Below are positions 9,800 to 23,092 of a stretch of DNA of 64,000 bases, in pieces; the first letter of the stretch is position 1, and each line of letters begins with the position of its first letter. A program made the position numbers and the translations under genes. The stretch lies in NCBI GenBank assembly GCA_003693705.1, contig RBZT01000259.1, forward strand, positions 1 through 64,000, given 5' to 3'. Below the pieces are notes generated by a model. The model was not told the origin of the DNA. It worked only from the letters and a program-made list of their open reading frames with translations, and did not search any database. This DNA is from Polymyxa betae A26-41. Its lineage: Eukaryota; Protista; Endomyxa: Phytomyxea.

Positions 9800-12700
9800 T
9801 CATTCAGTTAAGGTTTCGTCTTTTAGACTCTCGATCGTTCCCATATCATCTAGAACTTTAACAGAAGCCGTGGCCGGTGCATCCACGGGATTGCTCTGAA
9901 TTTGTTCTTGTGGCTGCTCTTGTGTTTCAGGCTTCTTTGCAACGTCAGACCAGATCGTCGATAACAAAGTCGTATCCCAGATATCCGAATTGCCATCCCA
10001 AAACCACATTGTTGTCGCTAGTTCTACGCTCTGAAATTTCACATTACACACGATCAAGGGATTAAAACGTGTCTGTCCACCTGTGTTTTCAAAAGCTTTG
10101 TCAATAACGTTCTGTTCTGGGCGTTCCAGCAACGGTTGTCTGCTGGACTGATATGATCATTTTCAACAAAGTCGATAAATTTGGACGGTCGAGACTGGAA
10201 GATAGTTTTGAATTTCTCCGTCATAATGAGCTGCACGTAGCTAGCAACGCTGGGACCGTAGACATTGTCCTGAACCATTGCACTGATAATCATGGCAGCC
10301 CCCTCCCTTTCTTCTTGTTTGTAATCAGTTCCTTGCAATAAAATCAAACAACGAATCTTTAAAGTTCGATTCATACCAAGTACAATATTCAGCAACATGA
10401 CTAAACCTCCCGTAGATCGAATTTGAGAAACTACAGGTGATGACCTTCTGATACAATCCAACAAAAAATTCAGCAAATTGGGAATGCACCCATGTGAACG
10501 CAACGTTTCTAAAAGAGGTATGATATTTTTCACTAGTCGGAATTTTGCAATATTTTCTGCACACAAGGTATTGGTCGCTAGAAGAGAAGCAGCCTTCAAA
10601 ACCGTCTGACAACAAGAAGTCAGGACCGCGTAAAGGCAACACAATCATTACAGACCAGTTGTAACGAAATGTCAACGCTTGGGTGGAAATAGCCAAATAC
10701 GTAATCTAAGTATTCAACGCAGCGATCTTGAAGGTGTGGTAAGTTCGTGAGCAGATTAAGAGCAGCTTCCCACAAAGCCTGACTAGTGTCAATTTCAATA
10801 TAAAATGGCTACATGCGTACCAGAAGATTCTTAATTGAAGTTTGGACCCACTCAGTTTGATTCTGATCCCTGAAAGATTCATATTCCGAGTAAACTCCAT
10901 ACAGAGCCTCAACAAGCTTAAGGAAGAACCTATTCATGAAAAAGTGAAACAGTTACTGGAAAATCGAAGTCCCATACCTATCAGGTTTGACTTGAAAGTA
11001 AGGATTGGCATTGAATGCGTTAATGTATATACCATCAATGTAAATCTCAGCACCCAATGTCTTCTGGTTAAATCGTTCATGTATCGTGCCCCAGCTCCAC
11101 TGATAGGGCCCAGCGCCAACGCCGTAATTCAATGCCTCCTATGTTCAGTTCGTTCACTATTCTTTATTCTGCCAAGATACGAAAGTACCTTTTGATGAGC
11201 AACGAGATCATGCAACTCTTGTTTGATGAAGCTGACAAGATCGCGTCGACAGTCTTCATTCCAGAACACAATAGGAGTATCGTGATTCTGTATAACTTCC
11301 ACGTCAGCCAAATTCCCGAATAATTAGGACCGTACATCATCATAGAATTCAATAAGACCTCTAGGATTAGACTCAGCACATGCAAAGTGATCCCGGAATG
11401 TAGGAGCAAAAACATGGGCTAGCATGTCCATATAGGCCTCTCCTTTTCTCTGCTCTGTGGCTAACATTCCAAGAATCTCGGCTGCAATCAATCTGCATTC
11501 GGCAGCTTCAGGCCTAGAATCGGTCACAATGTTCCTTTTGTACACTTAATAGGTCGCATATCAATCGTAACTGAAAGCATACGTTAAAGAAATCAGCAAA
11601 CCGTCATCAAAGTATGCATCAACGATTTCAGGATCCTGTCTACAGAGTGCATTTATGATTTGCAGTGCCAGGCGAAGGCTTGGATTCTGTAGACAGTGCA
11701 TATCAAACATTGGGCTGGCAACCAAACGCAGACTCACATCAACGTACGACTTTCTGTCAAAATTGACCAAGCGATGGACAACGAAGGCATACTGGGTTGT
11801 GACATTGAAACTACTTTCATTTCTACTAAGAACGTCCAAAACAATCAGTGCAGCGTGAAAAACGTTTTTGTCAACAGAATCAAAAAGAGTGCTGATTGCG
11901 TTAACCTAAGCGCCTTTGAACAATCATCCAGAGTCACCATCCATCTCCTACCAGTTCGTCATGGGACGGAGACCGAATGAGGGAGGGCGCATCGTGCAAT
12001 AACCGAGCGAGAGACCCAGAAGTCACAGAAACGTCCTCGAATATCTCCGAACAGGATCGCGAGTTGTTCGACGTTAAACTTGTTGCAATTGTACCTAAAT
12101 GGCCAACAAATCCAGACATGAACTCTTTAGGTTCATTAGGGATTGTAAAATCCTAAAATCCTGTAAGATAAAGTTATGTCAACAACTGAGCGCTTACAGT
12201 CTGCTCATTATACAACCGAAGGAATATGTCGCACACCGAGATTTCGGTGCTACAGCTTGTGTAATTTAGTGTCAACAAAGCTGAATTGCAATCCCAGAAA
12301 TGTGACTGCTGAACCAAGCCAATCTGATTCTGAAGAAAAGTGTTCAGTTCCTGGCGCTGCGGGTCTCCCCAAATAAGACAAGGGGTCCAAAAGTTCGATC
12401 TGGCGTCAGTAGAGAATCGGTCTGGCTTGGCTAAACGCGCATGAAGTCCTGGAGTTAGTAATCGACGCAAAACGTTTCTGGACAGGAATTGAGGCTCTGA
12501 AATTATCCTGATGCTGTTGCTGATAGTACCTGATATCAATTTTGGAGAGCTCCGGTGCTTCAGCCATTGAAGCGAATGTTGACAAAGTAGTTGTGGCCTC
12601 AGTGACAATCTCGGTCCCCTCAGCATGGAATATAGCCAATTTCGTAATACAGAGCAGAGCTCCGCTGACCGATGTTTTAAATGATGGCCCGCACGAAACA

Positions 12701-15700
12701 ATTATTGACTACCTTGTTAAAACATCAGAGCAGCTTATATGAGATTCAGCAAGAATCTTGAATAGGCGAAGTACTTCGATGGAGATGTTAGGATGCACAT
12801 TGGCGAAACTCTCTATGATCAACGAGACCAATTCGATAATCACTTGCGGGTTCTCATGCATTGTTACAATTGCCTAAAAAATTATTATGTCAAGTTACTG
12901 TGTGTCTGTCATTATACAACTCACATCTTCATTGGCGAACGACAGGATATTCATGATACGGATCAACGTTTGAATGAGACTTTCGGTATGGTGCGTAACG
13001 ATATCGAACTGAACCGTGTTCAAAAGCGATTGCGAGATGTTGACTAAAAAACAATATTGAAAAAGATTTGAACATGCTGATCGAGCCTATTACCAAATCC
13101 ATCCTCTTGTAAACAAATCTGAAGATTGCCGCTGCTCGGAATCATCAACAACCGATGAGTGAGCTCTGCTGTCTGATCGATCAGTCGAAGATCAAAATCC
13201 TAACCGTAATGAGGACAGCTTTGGAAACGCTCTGGAGATTTCGGGACTTACTTGTCTCACTTCTTTCGTTAGAATTCTCAGCAGCTCTGAGAACGCAGGA
13301 TAATGGCTACATAGTTGTAATTCGGGAAATCGATCCACAGCAATTATTTGGCATTGAATCAGGTACAATAAGTCATCATCGCCTAAACCAATTCGCATTG
13401 CTTCTACAAAACCCGACATCATGAAGACCGGATCTCCGATCTCGAATCCGGGATCTCGTACGAAATTTTTCAAATAGATGCCGCCACAGCAAACCTTATC
13501 AATTGAACAACTATAATTGCGATACAGGCATGGTTACCTCATTGATCAATTCAGGATATACAACTGTAGTTGGTTTTGAGATCATATACAACGTCATAGG
13601 ACGCTCACGAAGCTGCGACTGGAAGGCTGCAACATCGTTTCGAGCTGATTGCACCAGACGATCACGTAGCCCGCGGTTCCAAATCAGATTCGGCTGATTG
13701 ACATCGCCATCAAAGACTTCGCAGAATTTTCCCACTCTAAATACAGCTTTTGTTAAAAGAATACCATGTACCAACTGTACTTACGATTGCTGCGAAAGAT
13801 AACGAATCATTGGGAACGGCAAGAATGGCGTTAGGACGCTCGTACCAAACTCCTCTGCCTTTAGAACGTTATCTATGTTGGTCTTTATATGATTTGAGCT
13901 TTTACCTGTTTCATGTGAAATAGCTGTAGCAGCTGGACAGCATTTGGGTCAATCTGATCTCCGGCAGCACAAAACAGAAAGAGGAAAACGCCGCGCTGCC
14001 ATAGCGTCGTTTGAGCAGAAGCAGAGCTGGACGAGAGCTAACAAAATTATCAGCATAAGAATAGGGATCCAGATTCATACCTGTGCAATGATGGGAATGA
14101 TTCTGTTAGCCTGATTAACATCCGGGCAGAGCAAAAACTGCAGGATATGTTGGAACTCTGCCATCTTTGTAATCGATTTACAAAGCCGAGGAACTCGGTT
14201 CAACAGTAATTTTAACAAGTCAATGCAAACGTCAGCAAGTTGGCCATTATTCATATCAGCTGGTAGCGGCCCAAATTCTTTGGTAATTTCTTGGCTTTCT
14301 TCAGGTATTGGCGCATTCGCTAACTGCGATAGCCCAGATTGAACAGGAATTGCATAAATCGGTTCCAGAGACATTTGCCTTCCCTGATACAATCGAACAC
14401 GTATCAGAAATACACGCAATCACTTTGCATTGCAGTATAGTACGTGCAAGAATCTACTCGGGCCAGTATGAGCTTGCGACATGTATGTGACCAAGTGACG
14501 AACACCATCTGCTTGCATAAACCTGCGAGCATTGGGCTGATGTTGCAAAAGATCGCGAAAGAACTCCAATATATGACCGCGCCTACGAGTAATCAACAAA
14601 ACTGTAAGCTCGTCCAAGAAAACGCCGATCACCATAGAGGACGAGTATGCTTCGGTGACATTAGCCATACCAAGTAGCCAAGCGGTTCGAAATCCAGCAG
14701 AACCTGAATGATTTTAGCATGGCAATGCAGCCTCTGAAAGCGCCTACCTGTGAGTACCGCTTGTACAGGGCAGACATCGTTTTCAGACATGCCCATTTTC
14801 GAATAGGCTTATCTTCGATGACCTTGAACGAAGATCAATTTGTTATAAATGGTCCCAAACAAATCCTACAGCGTGATTATAAAGATGGTTAATGAGGGTT
14901 ACAAGGTCTTTCTCATTGATTTCATATGTGGAGTTGGGATCATTCAGGGTTGCCAGAAGCTGTTTCAAATAATATCCATGAACCTGAAGCTCAGCCTCTA
15001 CACTGGCATAACGAGGCTCAAACCCTTCGAAGTCCCATTCTGCGGCAGCATTCCGTTTTCTTTGGTGTTCTAGCTCAATGACCTGGAGCGTAACTCAGCA
15101 TCGTGATTAACTAAGCCATATCGAACTCGGACCTCGTTGTTCAATGTCTCTAGCAACTCACGACGGGTCGTTTCATTCCATATAAGGTGTGGCAGATTAT
15201 GTTCTTGATCAAGTTCAGCAAATACAGCAATCCAGTTGGCGCGATGTGTTCCTGTTTACATTTCATTCAATGGAAAGATACGATAGCAACAATAAGCAAC
15301 CTTTTTGATAGCGCTGCCACGTTGCATCTAGTGTTGGTATACAAGTACGAAGTTTTGCAAACACAAAATTGTTCGGGAATGGGTGGTTTTCCCATAAACG
15401 CTTCAGAAGGTGATTAGGCAAACATCTCTGCACTGTCTCTGTTGATTTGGTGTGCCCATCAGTCAAAAGGCCAATCAGGTTCCGGCTTTCAAGAATAATT
15501 GCCTTTGCGTTGCCACCCGCCTTTTTTGATTGCAAAGCCTCTTCGCCGCTGACAGACAAATAAAAATGCCTTAAGAGGCAACCGCTCGAAAGAGCCATTG
15601 TCTGAATTTTCTTTGTCGTTTTTTGATCGGAATGCAAAATCATTGTTTGGACCTAGTTGTAATCACTGCATTGTTTCGACTCTTCACATATCACATTACC

Positions 15701-16672
15701 ATTAAAATTCCAAAGTAACAAATATCTGGATTTTCGTGGTAAGACATCTCTAACAGTTGAGGTATCATGGGCTGCATCGCAGTCATTATAGGTGCAATTG
15801 CATCAGCTGGAGTCGAGCGTGGTGATGTCAACAGCACCACAGAAAATGTTCGTAACGTTCCAGATATAATGATCCAGTTTTCTGTAAGATTGGATGAATA
15901 TCGCTTTAGGACATCGATTAGAATGCCAAAGCCGCGGCTTTGCAAAATCAGATCACGAGCTTGTGACTCCATCAGGATCTTTCCTTCATCCTTAGTTTCC
16001 AGTCCAGTGTATTCGATGAGGTTTTTTACAACAGCGAGGGCTGCTTCGATGATCTGAGAAAAATCAGAATAAGTGATTGCAAAAGTGGAAACTCATGCCT
16101 CTGTTTTCTCGCTTTGCAGTGCCTGCAGCCATGGCATAATATTGCATTTTGCGATCGCCTTGTACAATCCTTTGAATTTCAACAGACGCCGAGACGCCTC
16201 TAGCAGGTTGGTAATCCCCCGCTGGTCGTTAGGATTCTCCTTCAGCTGTGTTGCTAACAGCAGCAGAACAAGATCGACAATGCGCTTATCTTCGAACTTC
16301 TTAACGGAATAGTCTGGTGGGACCACTGTATTAAACTCTTCAATGACACTGCAGCATTATTTAGAGGGTTGCATATCCGATAGTCCATATAGAAGCGACC
16401 TTTTCCAGTTGGTATGATCGCGTCGGAGGTCCAGGACCTTCTTCACAACGGTTTTGGCCTCTTGGCTCATATCATTGCCCATTATTAAGCCTGATAATTG
16501 ACCTCCAATTGTCAGGCGCTCGGGTATGAAACCGAGCAAATGCGATCACCGACGAGCTTTGATAATGAGTAGCAGGGAACTCACACCAATTTCCTGGTTG
16601 TTCGGTGTAGAAGATATTATGGAGGTCAAATCTGTACGGCTGTACATGCAAGAATTCTGGATCATGATCCAT
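9800..16672 (-). CDS. RME-8/DNAJC13-like protein (IWN repeats), multi-exon, J domain apparently absent
   Basis: IWN-type repeats HNLPHLIWNETTRREL, QPNLIWNRGLRDRL, TPCLIWGDPQRQEL and TPIVFWNEDCRRDL, followed by motifs such as GGIYLKNF and CDIFLRLY, as in RME-8. The start position is approximate. Confidence 0.8.
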
Positions 16673-16886
16673 TAGCTTCTGCTATAGTGTATTTACCATT
16701 GGTTGATTTTTGGCCTGAAATCTCAGTGCAAATAATACCAAGATGTTCATCCTTATGAATAAACTTTACAGATTCTACGTCGGTAACATTACCTTTCAGT
16801 TAAAAAATCTGTATTGGGAAAAAATATGTGAATCCGCTGCGGCTTTTGTTGGTATTATTTGTTCTAGATTTAATCGCTTCATTGAA

Positions 16887-17941
16887 ATGGGAGGAACAAC
16901 CAAAGGCTTAGCAAAAAGGAAATTACTAAGTGACAGTGAGACCATGCGAGGCGAGAAGCGTAGCCGGAAAGCTGTGTCAATTTCAAGAAAGGTCAAAAAC
17001 GAATCTGATTACGACAGCTCCAACGCATCGACGATGAAGAAAGTGTTTACGAACGTGTTCATGGGCACCAGTGGCTACATGTACCAGCACTGGAAATCTG
17101 GCGTTTATTATCCAAGAGGGGTTAACCAGTTTAAGTTCTATTCGGCCGAATTCGATTCGGTTGAACTAAACTCACCATTCTATCGCATGCCTGCTTCTAA
17201 AACCTGGGCGAAATGGAGAGATGATGTTTCATATCCATACTTCACCTATGTTATTAAGGCTAATCAATATTTTACTCATTGGCGGCGGCTAACTGTTGAC
17301 GATGATCTGTTATCCCGTTGGAGGCAGTTTTATGATGAAGGATGTAAGGTTCTGGGACCGAACATTGGAGCCGTTTTGTTCCAGCTGCCCCCTAAACTTC
17401 GCTGCGATCCAGATAAACTCGCAGCGTTTACAGAGATTTTGCCTCGCGATGGGCGATTCGTGTTCGAGTTCCGGGATGCGTCATGGTTCTGTGAGGAGAT
17501 TTATACCATCCTGCGGTCACGAAACATCTGCTTAGCAGCCGTTAATGTATGCAATAAGGACAAATGGGCCGGGACATTGGAGGAAGGTTGGAACCCCGAC
17601 CTAACCACGTATATGGGTCAAGGTGGATCTTGCTGCGATTGGGGATATTATCTACGATTGCACGGAAGCTCGGGCAAGGTAAAATATTTCAGCTAATCGG
17701 TTGTTTACTGAGTACTTTTCAGTATGTCGGCAGCTACAGCGAGGAATTTCTGTCCACGCTTGCAGTGCATATTGCTCAATGTAGTGAAATCGGGCAACAA
17801 GTTTATGTCATGTGTAATAATACAGACGATGGGCGACCTCCAAGCGCCATTGCAGATTTGAGAAACCTCAAGCGCTGTATGCAGAACCTAAAGAGCGGCG
17901 CCGGCCTTTCAGTTGACTTGAAATCCGAAGAAGCTGCATGA
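16887..17941 (+). CDS. DUF72 (YecE-like TIM-barrel) protein with basic N-terminal extension
   Basis: GTSGYMYQHW, FDSVELNSPFYRMP, LFQLPP, FEFRDASWF and YLRLHG are DUF72 motifs. Intron 17679-17722. Confidence 0.9.
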
Positions 17942-17972
17942 CTCAATGGTCGCTGTTGAGTCAATTGACTCT
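17939..17972. promoter_or_regulatory. TGACTCA + TGAGTCA (+TGACTCT) elements upstream of His-rich gene E
   Basis: Sites at 17939-45 (overlapping the DUF72 stop codon), 17957-63 and 17966-72. The ATG is at 18060. Confidence 0.55.
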
Positions 17973-18059
17973 GTCAACGATAAGTGGCAGATACATAGCC
18001 ACAATTAAATTTAATTCGAAACTATCTAAGGCCGTCCGATTGCTGGGCGTATTCTTAAG

Positions 18060-18647
18060 ATGCGTTCTGTCCTAACCTTGTCATTAGCAGCCTTAATGGC
18101 GCTGTCCAAAGCCGATTATGGGCATCACGATTATGGGCATCACGATTATGGGCATCACGACTTTGCTCCTTACCTCGATCACGGCGATTATCACCATGAA
18201 AGAGAGGTAGATCCATATCTGAGGCATGATCATCATCACTCGCATGATGGACACCTAGATCACCATGATCTTCACGATCACGAACTTGCCGACCATCATC
18301 ATCACGATGGCGACGTAGATGATGAGGATTCTGGCCTCGACGTTCACGTTCATGTTCGGCGCCACGACCTTGCTGGCGAAAAGGATAATTTGAACCATCA
18401 CCACGAGCACGATCTTGACGCCCATCACGCATTGGATCACGATCACGAGCATGGCCATTATGAACCGGATGACCATTATTATGATCATCACGACGGATTT
18501 CATCCTCACCATGATGACGACCACTTCCTGCTCGGAAACGATCTACCTGATCATCATCATGACGCTCCACACCATGAGCTCAGCGACTGGGATTCGTGGG
18601 AGCACCCCCATGACCGGTTCTTCGGACACCACAATTTGCACCATTAA
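18060..18647 (+). CDS. Secreted His-rich protein E (about 28% His), intronless
   Basis: Signal peptide MRSVLTLSLAALMALSKA, DYGHH x3 (15-bp repeat at 18114-18158), about 54 His in 195 aa by hand count. Confidence 0.85.
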   Translation: MRSVLTLSLAALMALSKADYGHHDYGHHDYGHHDFAPYLDHGDYHHEREVDPYLRHDHHHSHDGHLDHHDLHDHELADHHHHDGDVDDEDSGLDVHVHVRRHDLAGEKDNLNHHHEHDLDAHHALDHDHEHGHYEPDDHYYDHHDGFHPHHDDDHFLLGNDLPDHHHDAPHHELSDWDSWEHPHDRFFGHHNLHH

Positions 18648-18921
18648 GGAAGTCTAACATATATAAAAAGATCCAATTAGATTCTTTTGACAGCGCGTGT
18701 TGTAATGCAGCATGGTAACGAGGGGGTCAAAGCCCGCTTTCAGCTTCTATGAGATCCATTGATTTGGTATTGAGTGGTCTGAGGCTCAGCCAGACATGAT
18801 ACATAGGTCCCAGTTACATACAGTTGTTACGGAGGTTACCGGTAACCCCTTAATGGCGACTTAAGCAGCAGCAGCCCGCTAGCTTATAACGCCTTGCTTT
18901 CAATCACGAGTATCAGGGGTC

Positions 18922-21137
18922 ATGATTCTCATCTTCATCGTTATTTTCAGCATTAATTATGCAAGCGCTTCAAAATGGCAGCGACAGTGTGCAGCTTGCC
19001 GCTTCGAGGATGCAGAATGCCAGATGAAGCTGGTCGACAACCGGGAAATTGCGGAAATGTAGATGGCGTGATTCTTCTGCGTTTTAAACAGCTGAATTCT
19101 TGGCATAGTCGTCTGGAGAAAGTTCCAGAAGAGGAATTTTGGCTGAACGGATGCGACGGCGTTGACGTTCTTCATATTGACTTCAAGCTGAACAGTATTG
19201 ATTCAAAGCTGATGGTTGGCAATTTGGGAGTTGACACATTAATGTAATGGCTCCTTCAATTTGATTACGATCTTACGATTATGTTCAGTCTATCCAATGT
19301 ATCGTCTGTTGCACGTAAAACGTTGTCTAGCATTGAGCGAAGTAATGCGAATTCTATTATGTAAGGCCGTGCCATTGTTACGAAGGATGATTCATAAGCC
19401 ATGCAGATTCTGCAATCTTCAAGAACTTGGAGCAGAGATCCCGAATGTTGGGCGTTTAGCGTAAGATCTGATGTTAGTTATATGGCTTTGATTGTTAACT
19501 TCTTCTAGATTTACAGGGACGTTGGATGAATCTGCACTATCGCTATTTTCGAAAGGACCGGTGGCAAACGATGATTCTATGTCGATAATATTCACGCCGA
19601 CTTTCTCCGGTCTAATAGATTCACCATTGCGAGAGATCCCCCAGAATATCGAATCATTGCTGCTAAAAGTTACATCCTCCGATCAATTCTTGCTTGTAAC
19701 AGAGAACATTGTGAGACTTAAGCACAAGCCTATTATGTAATCCTTCATCATATTGCCTTTGAGGAGGCACTTAATTAGTTTAGAAACGTAATTTTGGATA
19801 CAAACGACGATGAAGACGCTTATCTAGCTACACATGAGTTCGTTCAAAGGATCGCGCAATTAGCGTCTGCTGTCGAGATAAGGAAAAGAGGATATGAATC
19901 CCAAGGATTCAGTCAAGCTTCGTTGCCGAGATTCCTTATAGTAAACCTAGCTCGCTTCATGTCCATCACATATTTTCAAATCCGAAAACTGCCTGAGTCT
20001 TCTGAGCTTAAGATGTAAGCATCACATCAAACTGAATCAATGATATTTCAACTCACTGTCATTTACCAGATTCTTTCAAGCCGATTACAAGCTTGAAGAA
20101 TATCTACGCAAGGTTCGCGGTGTCTATTGCAAGACTCACGAAGCTGGATTCCGTTGCAGAATCAATGTCAAAGAATTGTTCGAGGGATGTCAACTTCAGC
20201 ACGTTGGTACAAAAGGTATTAGATCTAAGTAGTAGTCTCTGGCATTGTCAGACTTCTTTTTTCTCTAGGCAATGAGTTCGACAGTTACGTTGGCATTGAA
20301 GCCAGCCGGTTTTCATCAAGAGAGTTTCAAAACATGGTGGAAAATATCAATCCCAATAGAGAAGGTATCGGATGACATATTTCAGAGTAAAGACTGACAA
20401 TGTGAATAGAAGCAATCAATAATCCCAATCGGCTGCCCACTGGTCAAAAGTCACTTCCAATCAGTAATAGTAGAGTGCTAGCCGATCAAACGAACAGGGT
20501 TCCCATTGGAAAGAACACTGTATCGTCGAAAACCAAGACCTCTGACCAGCAAAACAATTCTGAGGTTCAGAAGAAGCTCACAGTTGATGTCAAAAGTGCT
20601 GGACATCAGGAAGACGTTGCAACAGGACGCGACGCTGGTAAAACCCTCTATAAAACCGATCTGGGAGAAATATCAGAGTCGGCCGCATTATCATCTGAAG
20701 ATCCGGATAGTGAACCCAGAAATGGAAGTCCCAACATGTCTACAAACAAGTTTGCGAAGAATCAAGGCTTCGGTCATTCAGGTCGTGAAGATCAACACAG
20801 TCAAGATATAAATGAGACTGCAAATGCTCATACCGTGGCTGCTTTACATGAAGATCATCCAACCGATAGCAGCGAACAAGCAACATCACTGTCCGAGATG
20901 CAGCTCCCGCAACAAGAAATCGCCGCTGTTGGCGACGACACCAAATCTTCAAAGAGCGGTGCACTAGATTCACCTGTTGTCATGATATCGATAATTGCAG
21001 GTTCTATTATTGTCCTGACTGTCGCACTCATTGTCATTTTCGTCTCATCCAAAAGGCGACGACTGAAACGAAGTACGAAATTGCAGTCACCGGCAAGCAG
21101 TAAGAACGAAACCGACCCAGAGACACTCTGGTGGTAA
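18922..21137 (+). CDS. Orphan type-I membrane protein (signal peptide, multi-exon ectodomain, disordered stalk, C-terminal TM)
   Basis: N-terminus MILIFIVIFSINYASA. The last exon has the TM segment VVMISIIAGSIIVLTVALIVIFV followed by the basic stop-transfer KRRRLKR. Internal exons are only partly resolved. Confidence 0.6.
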
Positions 21138-21367
21138 TACTGGAACTTAAGAATATCATATTTGCATGTCAAATAGTTTGTTGACAGCTAGCTGCCAGTT
21201 CAGATTATAATTATACAAGGTCTTATTTGTAAATTCCATAAAAAAATGGATTGTAAACTGTCATATTTTGTCGTCAACAGGAATTTAATCTCAATTGTTG
21301 CATGGCCGTCAATCTGTCAGCAAGCAACACCCGATTCCTTTATACAGCGTTTTGGATTTCCTCGGCT

Positions 21368-21401
21368 TGAGTCAGCTCTGAGAACCAATCTTGCTGAGTC
21401 A
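21368..21401. promoter_or_regulatory. Paired TGAGTCA elements upstream of secreted mucin-like gene
   Basis: TGAGTCA at 21368-74 and 21395-401. The ATG is at 21458. Confidence 0.55.
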
Positions 21402-21457
21402 TGGTCTAACATTCAGTTGTTGTATTGCACGTTAACTTAATTACGACTAGGTCCTGT

Positions 21458-22511
21458 ATGAGTCCAAATTCGTTGCTTCTGCTAGGTCTCACAATCTTGG
21501 TGCTGTTTGGCCCAGCGCAATGCAAATCTGTTGGGAACGATATTATAGTCAATATCGGTATTAATTGTTCACTATCCATAACACTTGTCCTAAACCGGTT
21601 CAGGTCAAACCAATGACGATAATCACAATCACGGTTATAAAGGCAGTAAAGATAAACCTGTCCTGTCGCCATCAAATGATCACAACCAGCCACCAAACCC
21701 ACCGTCAAATTCCACACCTGACCAACAACCACCCTCTCTTGACCAGCAACCACCCGCTCCTCCAGCGAAACCCGCTGCCAAAGAAACCATGTGTTCAGCG
21801 AAAGGCCAAACGATCCAAGTTGAGCCCAATGCAGTTCAAGGTCACTTGAAAGCAGGCGCGAAACTTGGCCCTTGCCCTAAACAGACAAAAGCGCCTACAT
21901 CGGAACCTAGTTCGGCTCCAACGCCCTCACCAGAGCCAACGAATTCAACTACACCGTCTCCGTCATCACAAACAACGGCTCCAACTTCACCATCGTCACC
22001 TTCGACGTCGCCACCAACTTCGCCACCAACGTCGCCACCAACTTCGCCTCCAACGTCGCCACCATCTATAGCTCCAGCTACATCGTCAACAACGCAACCA
22101 ACGTCAGCTGCGATCGCATCGGCAAAGAACGAATCGACAAGAGCACCAGAGGTCAAAGTTCCTGTCTGCTTACCGCACGTTAATCACACGATCGTTATCT
22201 CCGTTAACCTTTTAGGCCAATTCTTAAGTAAAGGCGCTAAGATCGGCAATTGTTCAGCGCCTGCCGAGACGGCGGCACCCACAACCACGCCTCCGCCAAC
22301 CACTACCTCAGCGACCACGATGCCGGCGCCAGCATTGACGATCATCCAGGCGAGTAAACCATCCTTTGTCGTACGGTCCAAGCCGATTGTTATCAAGCCT
22401 GAAGAATGTGATACCCCGAGACCATTGACATTGTCTCGCTCCAAGCCCATAGCAGATCGACAAACCAATCAGGCAGCGTCTCATGCAATACCGCGGGTAA
22501 ATCTTCCATAA
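21458..22511 (+). CDS. Secreted Pro/Thr/Ser-rich protein with two short C-x(n)-TI-x-V...G-x-x-(L/I)G-x-C modules
   Basis: Signal peptide, intron about 21558-21603, TSPP repeats. Modules are KETMCSAKGQTIQVEPNAVQGHLKAGAKLGPC and KVPVCLPHVNHTIVISVNLLGQFLSKGAKIGNC. Confidence 0.8.
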
Positions 22512-22595
22512 TTCGAAACGATGCCATCAAACCAAGCCCCAAATTCTTTATCGTATTTCGTTAGTTATCACTCAGGATTTTGCTATAATTTCTAA

Positions 22596-23092
22596 TCAGA
22601 AAACGGCTCGAATGTTGTTTGTATAACGTACCATGTATTTGGATCTCGTACTGAGAGTTGGATTATGGTAACTGGCGATATGAGGTGTGAAGGCATCCCG
22701 AAGACGCTGCTTGAATTCCAGATTACTGATGATTAATTGATCAATATTCTTGGAGCCTTGATTATCTGGGATCTTGTACAAATACTGTTCCCTTTGAAAT
22801 AGTTCACGACCATAAAAAAGCTGGATAGCAAAGGTCGTTCTTACCCCTCAATCTGGAAGCTGATCTTGGGTTGTTGATGCGATGGCGTGTCAATTGAGAA
22901 TAGGACGTTGACGATGGTTCCCGGGATAGGCTGCTCGTCGGTACAGCGGCTAAAGGCGACATTGAATTCGACGTGTTCGTCCTGGGCCTGGTGCAGCGTA
23001 ATCCGATGCTTGAACGACGAATTCCATCGTAGGAACAGGCGTTCCAGGACCTGTTTGGCAGCCAAGACCGGGTCGATCTCCTCGCTATCCAT
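22596..23092 (-). CDS. AKAP14/AKAP28-domain-like (ciliary) protein
   Basis: FNVAFSRCTDEQPIPGTIVNVLFSID...ISFQIEG resembles the AKAP28 core (WS.PT...PIP....VYF). The 3' end is uncertain. Confidence 0.5.

Noticed and set aside
16743-16886. Longer N-terminus for DUF72 given by the ORF track
   Set aside because: It would leave only about 70 bp for the divergent promoter and the sequence looks non-coding. ATG 16887 is preferred.
19900-19970. SLPRFLIVNLARF resembling a USP deubiquitinase segment
   Set aside because: No Cys-box or His-box was found in the surrounding exons.
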